Assembly: GCF_004010195.1 (NCBI RefSeq)
Contig: NC_057750.1
Coordinates: forward strand, 5,132,159 to 5,196,158
Direction of reading: 5' to 3'
Source of the DNA: Chiloscyllium plagiosum
Taxonomy: Eukaryota
Length of the DNA stretch: 64,000 nt
The first letter of the stretch is position 1; the number at the start of each line of letters is the position of its first letter. The translations under genes were made by a program, and so were the position numbers. The notes below the pieces were generated by a model that saw only the letters and a program-made list of their open reading frames with translations, ran no database searches and had not been told where the DNA came from. Positions 38,340 to 51,017 of the stretch are shown here, piece by piece.

Positions 38340-39020
38340 GGGAAGAGTGGGCCCAGATCAAGGGGAGAGGGAGCCCAGTGCAGGAGGAGAGGGAGCCCAG
38401 TGCTGGGGGAGAGTGGCCCAGTGCAGGGGGAGAGTGGCCCAGTGCTGGGGGAGAGGGAGCCCAGTGCAGGGGGAGAGTGGCCCAGTGCAGGGGGAGAGCA
38501 GGCCCAGCGCAGGGGGTGAGGGAGCCCAGTGTAGGGGGAGAGGGAGCCCAGTGCAGGGGGTGAGGGAGCCCAGTGCAGGGGGAGAGTGGCCCAGTGCTGG
38601 GGGAGAGGGAGCCCAGTGCAGGGGGAGAGTGGGCCCAGATCAAGGGGAGAGGGAGCCCAGTGCAGGAGGAGAGGGAGCCCAGTGCTGGGGGAGAGTGGCC
38701 CAGTGCAGGGGGAGAGTGGAGAGTGGGCACAGCACAGCGGGAGAGGGGCCCAGTGCAGAGGGAGAGCAGGCCCAGCGCAGGGGTGAGGGAGGGAGCCCAG
38801 CGCAGGGGGAGAGTGGGCTCAGCGCAGGGGGAGAGTGGGCCCCGCGCAGAGGGATAGTGGCCCCAGTCCAGGGGGAGAGTGGGGTCAGCATGGAGGAGGA
38901 GAGAGAGGGCTTAGCGCAGAGGGGGAGAGAGCCGGCCCAGTGTGGGTTGGGGAGAGTGGGTCCTGTGTGGCCCAGCGCGGAAGGAGAGAGCAGGCCCAGA
39001 ATGGAGGGGGAGTGCGAGTC
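38340..39020 (+). repeat. G-rich 21-23 bp minisatellite (gggagagtggcccagtgcagg / gggagagggagcccagtgcagg)
   Basis: Directly visible; decays toward 39020. Confidence 0.93.
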
Positions 39021-39974
39021 CTGAGGTGATGTCAGTGAGGTAGGCCCAGTGGTGAAAGATGACGCCTGAGGATGGGCAATGTGGACGTTAGATGGGCCCA
39101 CTGATGCAGTGGGTGGTGCAGAGCCGGGTCAACATTCGAATGTAGACAGATATCCCTTTCAGTGTTATCTTTTAATTTTCTCTTATTCTTAACTTACCAG
39201 AATGGCGCCGTATTATGGCGACTAGTGAAAGCTGTTCACTGTATTTTATTGTATTTCACTGTTAAATGGACATTCATTCACCCAGTGGCTGTGGGACCTG
39301 TACTGATCAGAGCAGGATCAGACAGGTGGACCTCAGAGAATCTGAGTGCCCTGATTGGGGCTGTTAATCTGGTGTAATCAGGGAGTCCTGGCTGACAGAT
39401 ACCAACAGGAGTGTCAGGGGTTTTGTTCACTCTGGGAGCTGGTTCTGAGGGAGCTGGGTCAGTGTCAGGGACTCTCCATGGGTAAATAAAGGGGGACTTG
39501 GTGATGGGAGACCAGCCTCTGTAGAGTTTTTTTGGAATGCTCCATGGGGAGACATGAGGTGGGGGCGGGAGATGGGAGGAGAGATGGGGTGAGGGGAGAT
39601 GAGGGTGGGAGGGGAGTTGGGGAGGACCAAGGGTGCAGAAGAGAGGGAAAGCAGGTGAGGGGGGAGTGCGGGATGGTGGGCGCACGAGAGCGAGAGAGAG
39701 AACGTGAGTGTGTCTGAGCAAGACGGGACAGAGCAAGCGAGCGAAGGAGTGGGAGACCCAGGAAGTAGGACGCTGTGGGACTGAGGGAGAGAGGGCAACA
39801 GCACATGAGGAATCGAGTGAGAGAGAGAGAGGTCTTGGAAATGTGGGAGAGAGCACACACAAGGGAGAATGCACAAGGTCGAGTGTGTGAGGGAGAACAT
39901 GAGAGACAGAAAATGCACGAGAGCTGTTAGGAGTGACAGACTCATACGTTCAGACCGACGGCCAAAATACTCAC

Positions 39975-40073
39975 TGAGTGGAAAGGTCAGGTTTTGTTCT
40001 TTAATCTGAAGCAGGATCTCACTCTGGTTTGCGGTGGCTAACTCCAGATATGGAGGATTGCAGAACCAACGAC
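39975..40073 (-). CDS. ITPK1: ITPK1-like exon: GRWFCNPPYLELATANQSEILLQIKEQNLTFPL
   Basis: 99 nt, tAG/GTgagt; C.PP..EL...LTFP pattern; phases match both neighbours. Confidence 0.9.
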
Positions 40074-41135
40074 CTACACCGTGGAAAGTCCGTTTTTTTA
40101 GAAAAGGAGGAAGTGAGACTGTGAAATGAGGATGTGGACAGGAATGGGGGCCAATTATTAACCCGGTTCATGTCACTGTATGTGCCAGGGGACTGTACAT
40201 TTCACCACCAGCTGCTTCATGGGACCAGGAACATCTGAGACATACAACCCCAAGAGAACATAAATAACACAGAATTGATATGGAGCAAAAGAAGGTCATC
40301 ATGTCTGCACCAGCTCCTTTTGAAGCAATATACCTCAATTTCCTGCCTGTTCCCCAGGATCCTGCACATTGTCGCTATTCAAGTAACCAGCCCAATGCCC
40401 TGTTTAATGTTACAATTAGTCATAGAATCACAGACATATACAGCACGGAAACAGACCCTTCAGTCCAACTCATCCATGCCGACCAGATAATCCAACCTAA
40501 TCTAGTCCCATTTGCCAGCACTTGTCCCATATCCCTCCAAACCCTTCCTATTCATATACCCATCCAGATGCCTTTTAAATGTNNNNNNNNNNNNNNNNNN
40601 NNNNNNNNNNNNNNNTTCAGCCTCTCCCTGTAGCTCACACCCTCCAACCCTGGCAACATCTTTGTAAATCTTTTCTGAACCCTTTCAAGTTTCACAACGT
40701 CCTTCTTAATTGAACTTCCCTCTGTCGTGTTTCCGAGCCCTAATCTCTCGCTCTGTGAAGATAAGTATTTCCCCCTCACCTCATTATCAGCTCCTTTCAC
40801 AGATTAACACCCCTTCCCCACTCCCATCTCAGCTCTCACCTTCTTTGACAAGTTTCTCTCCGGTTACACTATCTAGCCTCTTCATGGTTTCAAGTCTCCC
40901 CTTAGCCCTATCCCCTCCATCTTCATAACGGATCATCCCTAGAGGTGCTTTCCTTGAATATTCTCTTCCCCAACCTCTCCAACAGCATCACATCCTCCTC
41001 ATAGTGGGGTGTCTCGAAACTGCACACAGTATTCCAGCTGAGGTTGAACTAGAGTCTGGTACATATTCAGCATCACCTCCTCGCTTTAAGCCCCTCTTAA
41101 TGAAGATGGCGGGGGGAGGTGTCTGTTTTATTCAT

Positions 41136-42442
41136 TGTTATAGGCCAGACCAAATACCTTGAAAATATTCAGAAGATAGTATAGACCCTGCCTTTTCTTA
41201 TTTTAGAACATAAATGCAAGGTGTTGCTTTCCAGATGCAATTCGATCAGTTAAACTACTGGATTTAAAGCACACTTTATTTATTCACATAGTTAAACTAC
41301 AACAGAAGAAAGAAAAAATTGGAATAACTTAACTCCATTGGAGACCTTAACAGAATAATAGATAAGAACGTAGGAACCAGGAGCAGGAGTAGGCCATCCG
41401 GCCCCTCCAGCCTGCCCCACCATTCAGTAAGATCATGGCTGATCTTTATCTAGGGTTCAGCTCCACTTACCCGCCCACTCACCAGAACCCTTAATCCCTT
41501 TACTGTTCGAAAATCTATCTTTGCCTTAAAAACATTCAAAGAGGAAGCCTCAACTGCTTCACTGGGCAAGGAATTCCACAGATTCCTGGATGAAGAAGTT
41601 CCGCCTCAGCTCAGTCCTAAATCTGCTCCCCCCTTATTTTGAGGCTATGCCCCTAGTTCTAGATTCACCCGTCCGTGGAAACGTCCTCCCTGCTTCTATC
41701 TTATCTATTCCCTTCATAATTTTCTATGTTTCTGTAAGAACTCCCCCTCATTCTTCTAAATTCCAATGAGTATAATCCCCAGCCTACTCAGTCACTCCTC
41801 AAAAGCCTACCCCCCCTCAACCTAGTGAACCTCCTCTGCATGCCCTCCAGTGCCAGTACATCCTTTCTCAAGTAAGGAGACCAAAACTGTACACAGTGCA
41901 GCAGAGACAGTAACTGTTACCAATTAACTGTTCCAATACACCAACATTCCGTAAACACTCCCTCGGCGAAAGGCAAATATCAGAAAACAGATCGTCTCAC
42001 ACGTATCTTTCCATAGCAGGAAGAGAACCCGCAGCTGTAACTGAGAGGGGGAAAACATAGATTCCACTTCTTCAAGACTCAAGCAACAACTGCTGAAAAC
42101 TAAAACTAAAAAACCTGGTTCTATGGGTGTTTGACACCACCCGCTCAGGCTGCTTCTATTGTTTCAACTTTTTAAAAAAACCCAAGACTTCACAAGCTGT
42201 TTACTCAAGTGATTCAGGTTAATTTTGAGGAAGGGTTATTAGACCTGAAACGTTAACTCTGATTTCTCCCCACAAACGCTGCCAGACCTGCTGAGCTAAC
42301 CCAGCTATTTCTGTCTGATGTACAGCATCCGCAATTCTTTTGGTTTTGATTCTGATAAACTGCTCATCTCCTCTGCCTTAAAACCTCACTTCAAAACAAA
42401 AAAAAGGACAAAATAACCTCTTAAAGCCAACAAATTGTCACA
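41136..42442. mobile_element. Solo LTR (TG...CA) interrupted by a CR1 fragment (~41365-41900) and a Penelope-like repeat (~42225-42345)
   Basis: Starts tgttatagg, ends attgtcaca; flanked by tcat/ttat (imperfect 4-bp TSD); similar to 736-1320 and 26067-26680. Confidence 0.6.
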
Positions 42443-43182
42443 TTATTTACAGTATTTTTATTTATTACAGTTTACTTGTTCTCTCTGTCCTGCCTCGTTT
42501 AGTGACTTCTGTGCATCTTTAGAAAGTGAGGACGGCAGATGCTGGAGATCAGAGTCAAAACGTGTGGCGCTGGAAAAGCACAGCAGGTCAGGGAGCATCC
42601 GAGGAGCAGGAGAGTCAACATTTGATGAGCCCTGAAACGTCGACTCTCCTGCTCCTTAGATGCTCCCTGACCTGCTGTGCTTTTCCAGCGCCACATGTTT
42701 TGACCTCTGTGCATTTATACCCAGGTGTCTTTGCTCCTGTATATCCTTTACAGGTGTGCCCTATATTTCATATTGTACCTCCTCGCGCTTTCAACCAAAG
42801 TCCTTCACCTCACACTCTTTTGCTTTGAACGTCATCTGCCACCTATCCGCCCTCCATCAATGTGTCATCATCATTCTGGGCAGCCCTCCTCGGAGCTGAC
42901 AACGTTTTGAAGCTATGGAACGGCGGCCATTTTGTCAGCACTCCCTTCAACAAAATGGCCGCTAGGTTCGCATGAAGTTTTGGTGCGAGGAAGTGATCTC
43001 CAAAAAGGAACTACAAATCCATCCCCTCCCCCCGACTCAGTGTAGAACAGTGAGATCTTTAACTTGGAAAGCCTCTGACAAAGTTGCAGCCCAGCAGTGG
43101 GGGGGAGGGGGGGGAGGTGCTTAAGTCCTACAAATAACAAGGCCACAGTGTCCGAAAACTGGGGTATGGGAGACACACTAAC

Positions 43183-43300
43183 CTTTGTCCTGCGCCTGCA
43201 GCTCCTGAATAAGTTTGTAGGATTGAAAGCGATCGGAAAGTCTCCGCATTGCTGGCAAGGGATCCAACAAGATGATTTGGGGGTGGGCTTCAACATAGTC
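43183..43300 (-). CDS. ITPK1: ITPK1-like exon: DYVEAHPQIILLDPLPAMRRLSDRFQSYKLIQELQAQDK
   Basis: 118 nt, cAG/GTtagt; HP...LDPLPA...DR..SY motif. Confidence 0.95.
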
Positions 43301-45347
43301 CTGCAATGAAGGGGTTCAATAAAAGGTTGCATTTCTATAGCGACTTTCAGAATCTTTCACAGCCAATTTAAGGAGATTCTCCCAACCTCTTCGCCATCAC
43401 CACCACCTCCCCCCACTGTCCTGAAGTGTCTGGTGTAATGTGGGAGATGTGGCAGCCATTTTACACACAGCAAGATTCCATCCCCAACAGTACTGTGTTA
43501 ATGACCAGATTACTTTTATTCGCGGATCTGGTGGAAGTGGTTCCAGGAAGAATCACCTCCCCATCCAAACCAGAAAAGCAAAGGTAAAGTTACCATAATT
43601 GTACCAGATCATAGGGCTGCTCTCTCATTAGAGAGAGAGGGAGAGAGAGAGTGAGAGAGAAAACAGGAGGGGGGTGATTTAACCTGAGGGTCACCACATC
43701 CCAGGTGAGGGGAGAGGGAGAGTCGTTCACGGTAACCTCAGCCAGTGTGGGCATTGGCACTGTTGGAATTGCAAACCAGCCATCCAACCAACTGGGCTAA
43801 CCAAGCCCCAACTTAGAGCCAAAGAGTCACACAGCATAGAAGCAGACCCTTCAGTCCAATTCATCCAGATATCCTAAATCAAGCTAGTCCCATCTACCAG
43901 TACTTGGCCCATATCCCTCTGAACCCTTCCTATTCATATACCCATCCAGATGCTTTCAAAATGAGACAAGCAACAGGACAGGTTAAAGGAGGGGAATCTG
44001 AAGGGAACCTGGGAATGTCCAATCCAGATCTACACAGTAACATTCAACTGCTCGCTATTCTCCATCTGTATGGGACAGTAACCAGGCCATTCGGCCCAAG
44101 CCTCTCGCTTCTCGTTGCCTGCAGCCATACGGTCGTAGGTGTTGACAGCATGGGAACAGGCCCTTCAGCCCAACTTGTCCATGCTACCCAGTTTTCACAA
44201 TTAGAGTAGTCTATTTGCCTGCATTTGGTCCATATCCCTCCATAGCTATTCCATCCATGAATCTGCCCAAAGGCTTCTTAAATGATGAAATTATACTAGC
44301 CTCCACCCTTACCTCTGGCAGTCCAATCCAGATACTCACCACCCTCCGTGTGAAAAAGTTGTCCTTCTTAATCCTTTTGTATCTCTCCCCTCTCACCTTA
44401 ACTTATGCCCTCTGGTTTTAGATTTCCCTAACATGGGGAGAAGATGTTGGCTATCTATTTTACCTATGCCCCTCATGATTTAGTAGACCTCTTTCAAGTC
44501 AGTCTCCTATGTTCCAGGGAAAAAAATCCCAGCCCATCCAACCTCTCTTTGTAACTCAACCTATCCAGTCCAGGTAGCATTCTAGTAAATCTTTTCTGCA
44601 CTCTTTGTAGTTTAATAATATCCTTTAAATAATAGGACCATCAGAACTGCACGCAGTATTTCAAATGTGGCATTACTACCAACCTTTTTTTTAACCTGTG
44701 CGGCCAGATGGCAAAGTTGACTTACTGAATGAGTGAAGGCATCACATAGGGCTGCTTTCCCATCAGAGGCCTTTAATCTGGGAATCATTACATCTCAGGT
44801 GAGGAGTGAGGTCGAGAAAGGTGGTGACCTCATCACAAGTGCAGGAATTGAACCTGTTGGGTTGGCATCGCTCTGCCTCACAAACCAATCATTCAGCCAA
44901 CTGAGCTAACCACCCATCCTGGCAAAGTTGGCTTACTGAATGCTTTCCCATCAGAGATGTTTAGTCTGGAGGATCACTATTATCAACATCTTACCATCCT
45001 CAGTGCTCTGACTGATGAAAGCTAGCAAGTTGTAAGCTGCCCCATCTCCCAGTGACTCTACTTTCAAGGAGCTATGAACCTGCACCCCAAGGTCTCTCAG
45101 TTCTGTAACACTCCCCAGCATCCCCCCCCCCCCGCCATTGACTCCTTCAGAATATTGGGGACTGGACAGCGAAGATGGAAAGGGGCAGCTTTAGAGGAAG
45201 GGGAACTCTTTAAAGGGGACACGGATGTAGGGGGAGGGGTGAGTACGGAGCAATCGCCAAGCTCTTTCTGACAGCCGGCACGGGTGAGATGGGCTGAGCG
45301 GTTTCCGCCCGCGCTGGCACTCTCCCAGGGTGAAAGGTCAGCGTCAC

Positions 45348-45473
45348 CTGGAATTTCTGGACAAGCTGCTGGGATTGGGTGTCGTTCTGAGTGGCGTCGC
45401 GCATCAAGTCTGAAAGCTTGTGAACGATCAGGTCGAACGGTCCCTGCTCTTCGATTGACCGCGTCAGATCGAT
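45348..45473 (-). CDS. ITPK1: ITPK1-like exon: IDLTRSIEEQGPFDLIVHKLSDLMRDATQNDTQSQQLVQKFQ
   Basis: 126 nt, AG/GT flanks; IEEQGP.D.I.HKL motif. Confidence 0.95.
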
Positions 45474-48400
45474 CTGCAGGGGAAAAAAAACAAACAGAAA
45501 ATCTAAAGGAGACTCGGCACCAGCTACAACTGAATTGGTTTCCATTGGGGAACGTCTGTCACCAAAGGAGGATGGCTGTCTTGGAACATTTTCCCCTACT
45601 CCCCACTACCGCGTCACTCCCACCCCCTCCTGACAACCGCTAACTCTCTTTAAAACCCCCCAAATCTGCTGGGGGTTGAGGGAGGAGAGGGGGCAATGAT
45701 TGTTTGCAGGCATCTCCTAGCACACATCAGCTGTGAGAGAATCCAAAGCTTGTACTGGAGAAACTCAGCAGGTCTGGCAGCATTGGTGGAGACACAGCGA
45801 GAGTGAGGGAGAAACGAGGGTCAATGTGTGACTCTTCTACAGAATTAGGAACGCAGCCGAGTCTGGAGCCGGGGGAGTCGCCATCTTGAATACGACAGAG
45901 TGTCTCGCTCGGCCATTTTGGAGTCAACCAAGTCGCTGTGGGTCTGGACCCGTGTGTAGGCCCAGGACGGGTCAGGGTGGCAAATTCCGCATCCCCCTAG
46001 CCCCCAACAAACAGGCATTAAGTGCATTTTGCAACAACCCACTAATTATATTGTCACCATCACTGATGCCAGCTTTTGGATTTGGAGTGAAGGGTCTAAT
46101 TAGCCCCCACTGGGTGGCACAGTGGCTCAGTGGTTAGCACTGCTGTCTCACAGCGCCAGGGATCCAGGTTCGATCCCAGCCTCGGGCGACTGTCAGTGTG
46201 GAGTTTGCACATTCTCCCTGTGTCTGTGTGGGCTTCCTCCGGGTGCTCTGGTTTCCTCCCACAGTCCAAAGATGTGCAGGTCAGGGTGGATTGGCTGTGC
46301 TAAATTGCCCCATGGTGTTCAGCGATGTGTGGGTTAGGTGCTTTGGCCATGGTTATGGGGATGGGCCTGGGTGGGATACTCTTCAGAGGGTCAGTGTGCA
46401 CTTGATGGGCCCAATGGTCGGTTTCCACACTGTCGAGACTCCACTGTATTCTAATTGTAAGGATAATCATTACAGAGCCATCGGGATGTACAGCATGGCA
46501 ACACACCTTTCGGTCCAACTTATCCATGCCAGATATCTTAAATTAATGTAGTCCCATTTGCCAGCATTTGGCCTATATCCCTCTAAACCCTTCCTATTCA
46601 TGTACTCATCCAGATGCCTTTTAAATGTTGTCATTGTACCAGCCTCCACCACTTCCTCTGGCAGCTCATTCCATACATGTACCACCCTCTTTGTGAAAAA
46701 GTTGCCCCTTAGGTCTCTTTTTTGTCTTTCCCCTCTCACCCTAAACCTATGCCCTCTAGTTCTGGACTCCCCCACCCTGGGGAAAAGACCCTAACCATGC
46801 CCCTCATGATTTTATAAACTTCTATAAGGCTCCGATGCTCCAGGGAAAACACCCCCAGCCTATTTAGCCTCTCCCTATAGCTCAAGCCCTCCAATGATGA
46901 CTAAATGAAGATTATCAGTAAATAAGGATCAGAATCAGCAAAGGCTTGGTGGGCTGAAGGGCCTGTTCCCATGATGCATTGTACGATGACCTTGAAGCCG
47001 TTGTCAATTGTCAGTAAAACCCCACGTTTTAGCGGGGAAAATCTGCCAGCCTTACCCGATCTGGCCTACAGACTCACAGCAATGGGGTCGACTCCTAACT
47101 GCCCTCTGGGCAATTAGGGATGGGCAATAAATGCTGGCCCAGCCAGTGATGCCCACATTCCAGGGATCAATACAAAATATTCCAGATTTAAGAAGTATCA
47201 GGATGGGTATATGAATAGGAAAGGTTTGGAGGGATATGGGCCGAGTGCTGGCAAATGGGACTAGCTTGGGTTAGGATATCTGGTCGGCATGGACGAGTTG
47301 GACCGAAGGGTCTGTTTCCGTGCTGTACATCCCTATGACTCTATTAATTAATTGAAAATAAATTCTCTTTGCAACCATGGTGCGACTGAACTCACATCAC
47401 CAGAGTGCTCAGTTCTCTCTCGCACACATTTCTGATAACGACCGCCTTCTTTCATTCCCGACCTAACTCCTGAACAAATCCGTCGTGGCACATTCATTAC
47501 TAATGAGAAACCTCACTTTGAAATGCTCATAATGGATTGTTTATCAGTAGTTTGAAGAAATCATTATTTTTATTTTCTTGCATGAATCACTCACTCAAGT
47601 CTAGTGTCATGGTTTCAGAAACTGCTTCATTGAATCTCAGAATCAATCAGCCCAGTTAATCATTGCCCTACCAGCTCATGGTCATAACCTGCACCCCTTG
47701 GCAAACAGGAGACTCATTGCAGGAGATCTCTGCATGCCCTATTATACTCCCCTACCCCCTCCCACGCTGCGGAGGGTGGGTGGAGGAGGAAGAGAGGAAG
47801 GAGTGAGAGCAGACAAGACAGGGAGTGAGACAGATGAGAGAAATAGAAAGATTTGAGGAAGGAGAAAGGGAGAGAAAGAATGAGAAAGGCGAGGGGGAAA
47901 GAGAGAGAGAGAGAAGCAAGAGGGAGAGAGAGAAAGAGCGAGAAAGGGGAGGGAGAGAGAGAAAGGTGACAGGAGGAGAGAAAGAAAGGCAAGGGAGAGA
48001 ACGAGAAAGAGTGAGAGAGAGAAAAAGTGTGAAAGGCAACAGGACTGTCTCGGTAAAAAAACCTGCCCCTCACATCTCCTTTGAACTTTCACCCTCTCAG
48101 CTTAAGTGCATGTTCCCTCGGATTAGACATTTCAACTCTGGGAAAAAGATTCTGACCGTCAACCCGGATCTATGCATCTCATAATTCTTTCGAAGCAGGA
48201 TAAGAGGAAGGAAGCAGTAACCATTACAAATGCACATAAAGTCATCATCAAATCCCTACAGTGTGGGAACAGGCCATTCGGCCTGACAAGTCCACTCTGG
48301 CCCTCCAAAGAGTATCCCACCCAGACCCATTCCCCTACCCTGTTACTCGACATTTACCCCTGACTAATGCACCTAACCTACTCATCCCTGAACACTAATG

Positions 48401-49299
48401 GGGGAATTTCCTATGGCCAGTCCACCCTAACCTGCACATCTTTGGACTGTGGGAGGAAACCCACGCAGACACGGGGGGAGAATGTGCAAACTCCACACAG
48501 ACAGTCGCCTGAGGCTGGAATTGAACCCGGGTCCCTGGCGCCGTGAGGCAGCAGTGCTAACCACTGAGCCACCGTGCTGTGTAACCCAGCTCAGGATGTC
48601 CCAGGGCTTGTGAAAGGTGCCCTGGAGTGAAAGCTCCTTCTTTCAGGCAGCTCTGGCAGCTCTGCCAAGCTTTCGATGTCAGGAGTGAAGCCGATCAGAG
48701 AGGCTGCAAGGTGCAGAGGACGTGGACGGGGCTTGGTAACAGCTTCTGGTGGCAGGAACAAGGAGGCACGACCGATCTCTGCGGTCTCTCCCAGGTGGTG
48801 GAGTGGGGAACCAGCTGATGCTGTTACCTCTGTGAGTGACAGCAGCACAATAGCCTGACCGATGGAGCAGCAGTGAAGAGCAACAATACACAGCAGCCGC
48901 TTGGACATCAAGACGGAAGGAAGTGGGGTGGGGGTGCTTGACAGAATCAATACTGGGAGGATATTACTCCATTCCCACCCCGTGGGGGAAGGGGGGTGTG
49001 AGTCTGAAACAAAAAGGGATCAGTTTCAAAATGTAGACTCCAAAAGATCGCAAGGAATTACTTGCTCAGAAAGTTGTTAGTCATAGAATCACAGAGATGT
49101 ACAGCACGGAAACAGACCCTTCGGTCCAACCCGTCCAGGCCGACCAGAGATCCCAACCCAATCTAGTCCCACCTGCCAGCACCCGGCCCATATCCCTCCG
49201 AACCCTTCCTATCCATATACCCATCCAGATGCCTTTTAAATGTTGTCATTGTACAGCACGAAAACCGACCCACCTGCCTCAGGCTTGCTGCAGTGCTCC

Positions 49300-49395
49300 A
49301 GTGAAGCTCAGCACAAGCTGGAAGAACAGCACCTCATTTTCCACTTGGGGACCCTGCAGCCTTCAATATTGAGCTCAATAACTTTAAAGCCTGAT
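49300..49395 (+). mobile_element. Penelope/Neptune-like ORF C-terminal remnant (end of the GIY-YIG region)
   Basis: Translates SEAQHKLEEQHLIFHLGTLQP, resembling the RKLEEQHLIFRLGTLQP..LN ending of vertebrate Penelope-like elements. Confidence 0.6.
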
Positions 49396-50452
49396 TTCAT
49401 CCTTCTGGGTTTTTGAACCACCTGCCAACACCCAGGTAAGGCCATGACCTGGGTTGCTTTGAGCACAGGGTTGTCCCCTCGCTCCTCCTCTCAGTCCTCA
49501 TTACAAACTGATTCAACTTCTCTTCTGTCCTAGCCAACAATAATCCCCTCGACTGCCTCTGTCCGTCTCTGGGCTCCAACTGGATCTCCATCCCGGAATT
49601 CCCTCCCTATGGGCAGGGTAGGTCAACCAACAGCAGATGGACTGCAGCAGTTCAAGTAGGCAGCTTATCATAGGATCCCTAGGGTGTGGAAACAAGCCAT
49701 TTGGCTCAACAAGTCCACACTTTCTCAAGGTGGTAAAAACAATGACTGCAGATGCTGGAAACCAGATTCTGGATTAGTGGTGCTGGAAAAGCACAGCAGT
49801 TCAGGCAGCAGTAAAATCAACATTTCCTGATGAAGGCCTTTTGTCCAAAATGTCGATTTTACTGCTCCTCGGATGCTACCTGAACTGCTGTGCTTTTCCA
49901 GCACCACTAATCCACACCTTCTCAAGGGCAACTCGGGACAGGTAATACATGCTGTCCAGCAGAAAACAATAAAAAAGAATCTCCATCTGTCCACTCATCC
50001 CTCCCACTCTCTGTGCACCACCCTCCCAGGCCATGCCTCATTCTGGTCTGTAGCAGAAATACCCACCTTTTCCCAGCTGCCGAGATTCTGGACAATAACT
50101 CTGCTTTGTCCTCATGTATGCTCTCAGACCTGCTCAGTTTCACTGGCTATTTCTGTTCTTGTTGAGAAATGTCTTGCCGTTCCTTCAGTGTCGCTGGGAC
50201 AAAGTCTTGGAATTGCCTCCCCAACAGGCACTGGGAGTGTCCTGATGCCAGACGGACTGCAGTGGTTCAAGTAGGCAGTTCACCTTCACCCACCCACCCC
50301 CGCCCCCCCACCCCCCCCACCCCCCCACTCCCCAAGGCAATAAATGCTGGCACAGCAACATGAACAAATATAAACATTCATCAGAGTAAACCTAGAAGCT
50401 AGCTGTGGTCTTCCGGCAGGTGTGAAGGGACCAGAAACAAGCCGTGACTCAC

Positions 50453-50477
50453 CTGTACAACCTCAATTCCTCTTGTC
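50453..50477 (-). CDS. ITPK1: ITPK1-like kinase, 25-nt micro-exon: (R)TRGIEVVQ
   Basis: cttAG acceptor and GTgagt donor; same size as the recalled human ITPK1 exon encoding KRGMEVVQ. Confidence 0.85.
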
Positions 50478-50927
50478 CTAAGGAACAGAAGATAAATCTG
50501 TGTTAAAACACTGGTCACTTTCTCATGAATGAGAAACATCTCCCTCTTTAACTGACTTAACCATTCAGGGATGGTGTGGGTCACCGGTAATGTCAATGGA
50601 TGGTTTTGGCTGCCCACCCCTAATTGCCCCTTGGCACTTGCACAGAGGGCAGTAAAGGGTCAACCCCATCGCTGTGGTAAGGATGGCAGATTTCCCTCCC
50701 TAAAGGGCATTAGTTAGCCAGATGGGGTTTTACGATAATTGACAGTCATCATTTGCCATAATTGACATCATGGAAGGTGGCCCTTCGCCCATTGTGTCTC
50801 TGCATATGATCATCAGCATCTATCTATTCTCATCCTATTTCCCAGCACTTGTGTACTGTGGAACTTCAAGCAATCATCAAAAAACTTCTTAAATGTATTT
50901 AAATGACTTCTTAAAAGCTTCTTCAGT

Positions 50928-51017
50928 GGTTTGTTGGTCTAAGGGTATGATTCTGTCTTAGGAATTTGTCATTTGTAGACACCTGGGAGGTTCTGGGTTC
51001 AAATTCTGGATGAGCCC
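50928..51017 (+). pseudogene. Degenerate tRNA-Pro(AGG)-like sequence with a ~18-20 nt insert in the anticodon loop
   Basis: ggtttgttggtctaagggtatgattctgtcttAGG...gaggttctgggttcaaattctggatgagccc aligns by eye to tRNA-Pro (GGCTCGTTGGTCTAGGGGTATGATTCTCGCTTAGG...GAGGTCCCGGGTTCAAATCCCGGACGAGCCC) with many C>T changes and a broken anticodon stem. Confidence 0.8.

Noticed and set aside
38114..39101. Repetitive ORFs (e.g. 225 aa)
   Set aside because: Open only because the minisatellite lacks stops; intronic.
47714..48184. Glu/Arg-rich and Leu/Ser-rich ORFs
   Set aside because: Translations of a (GA)n low-complexity tract.
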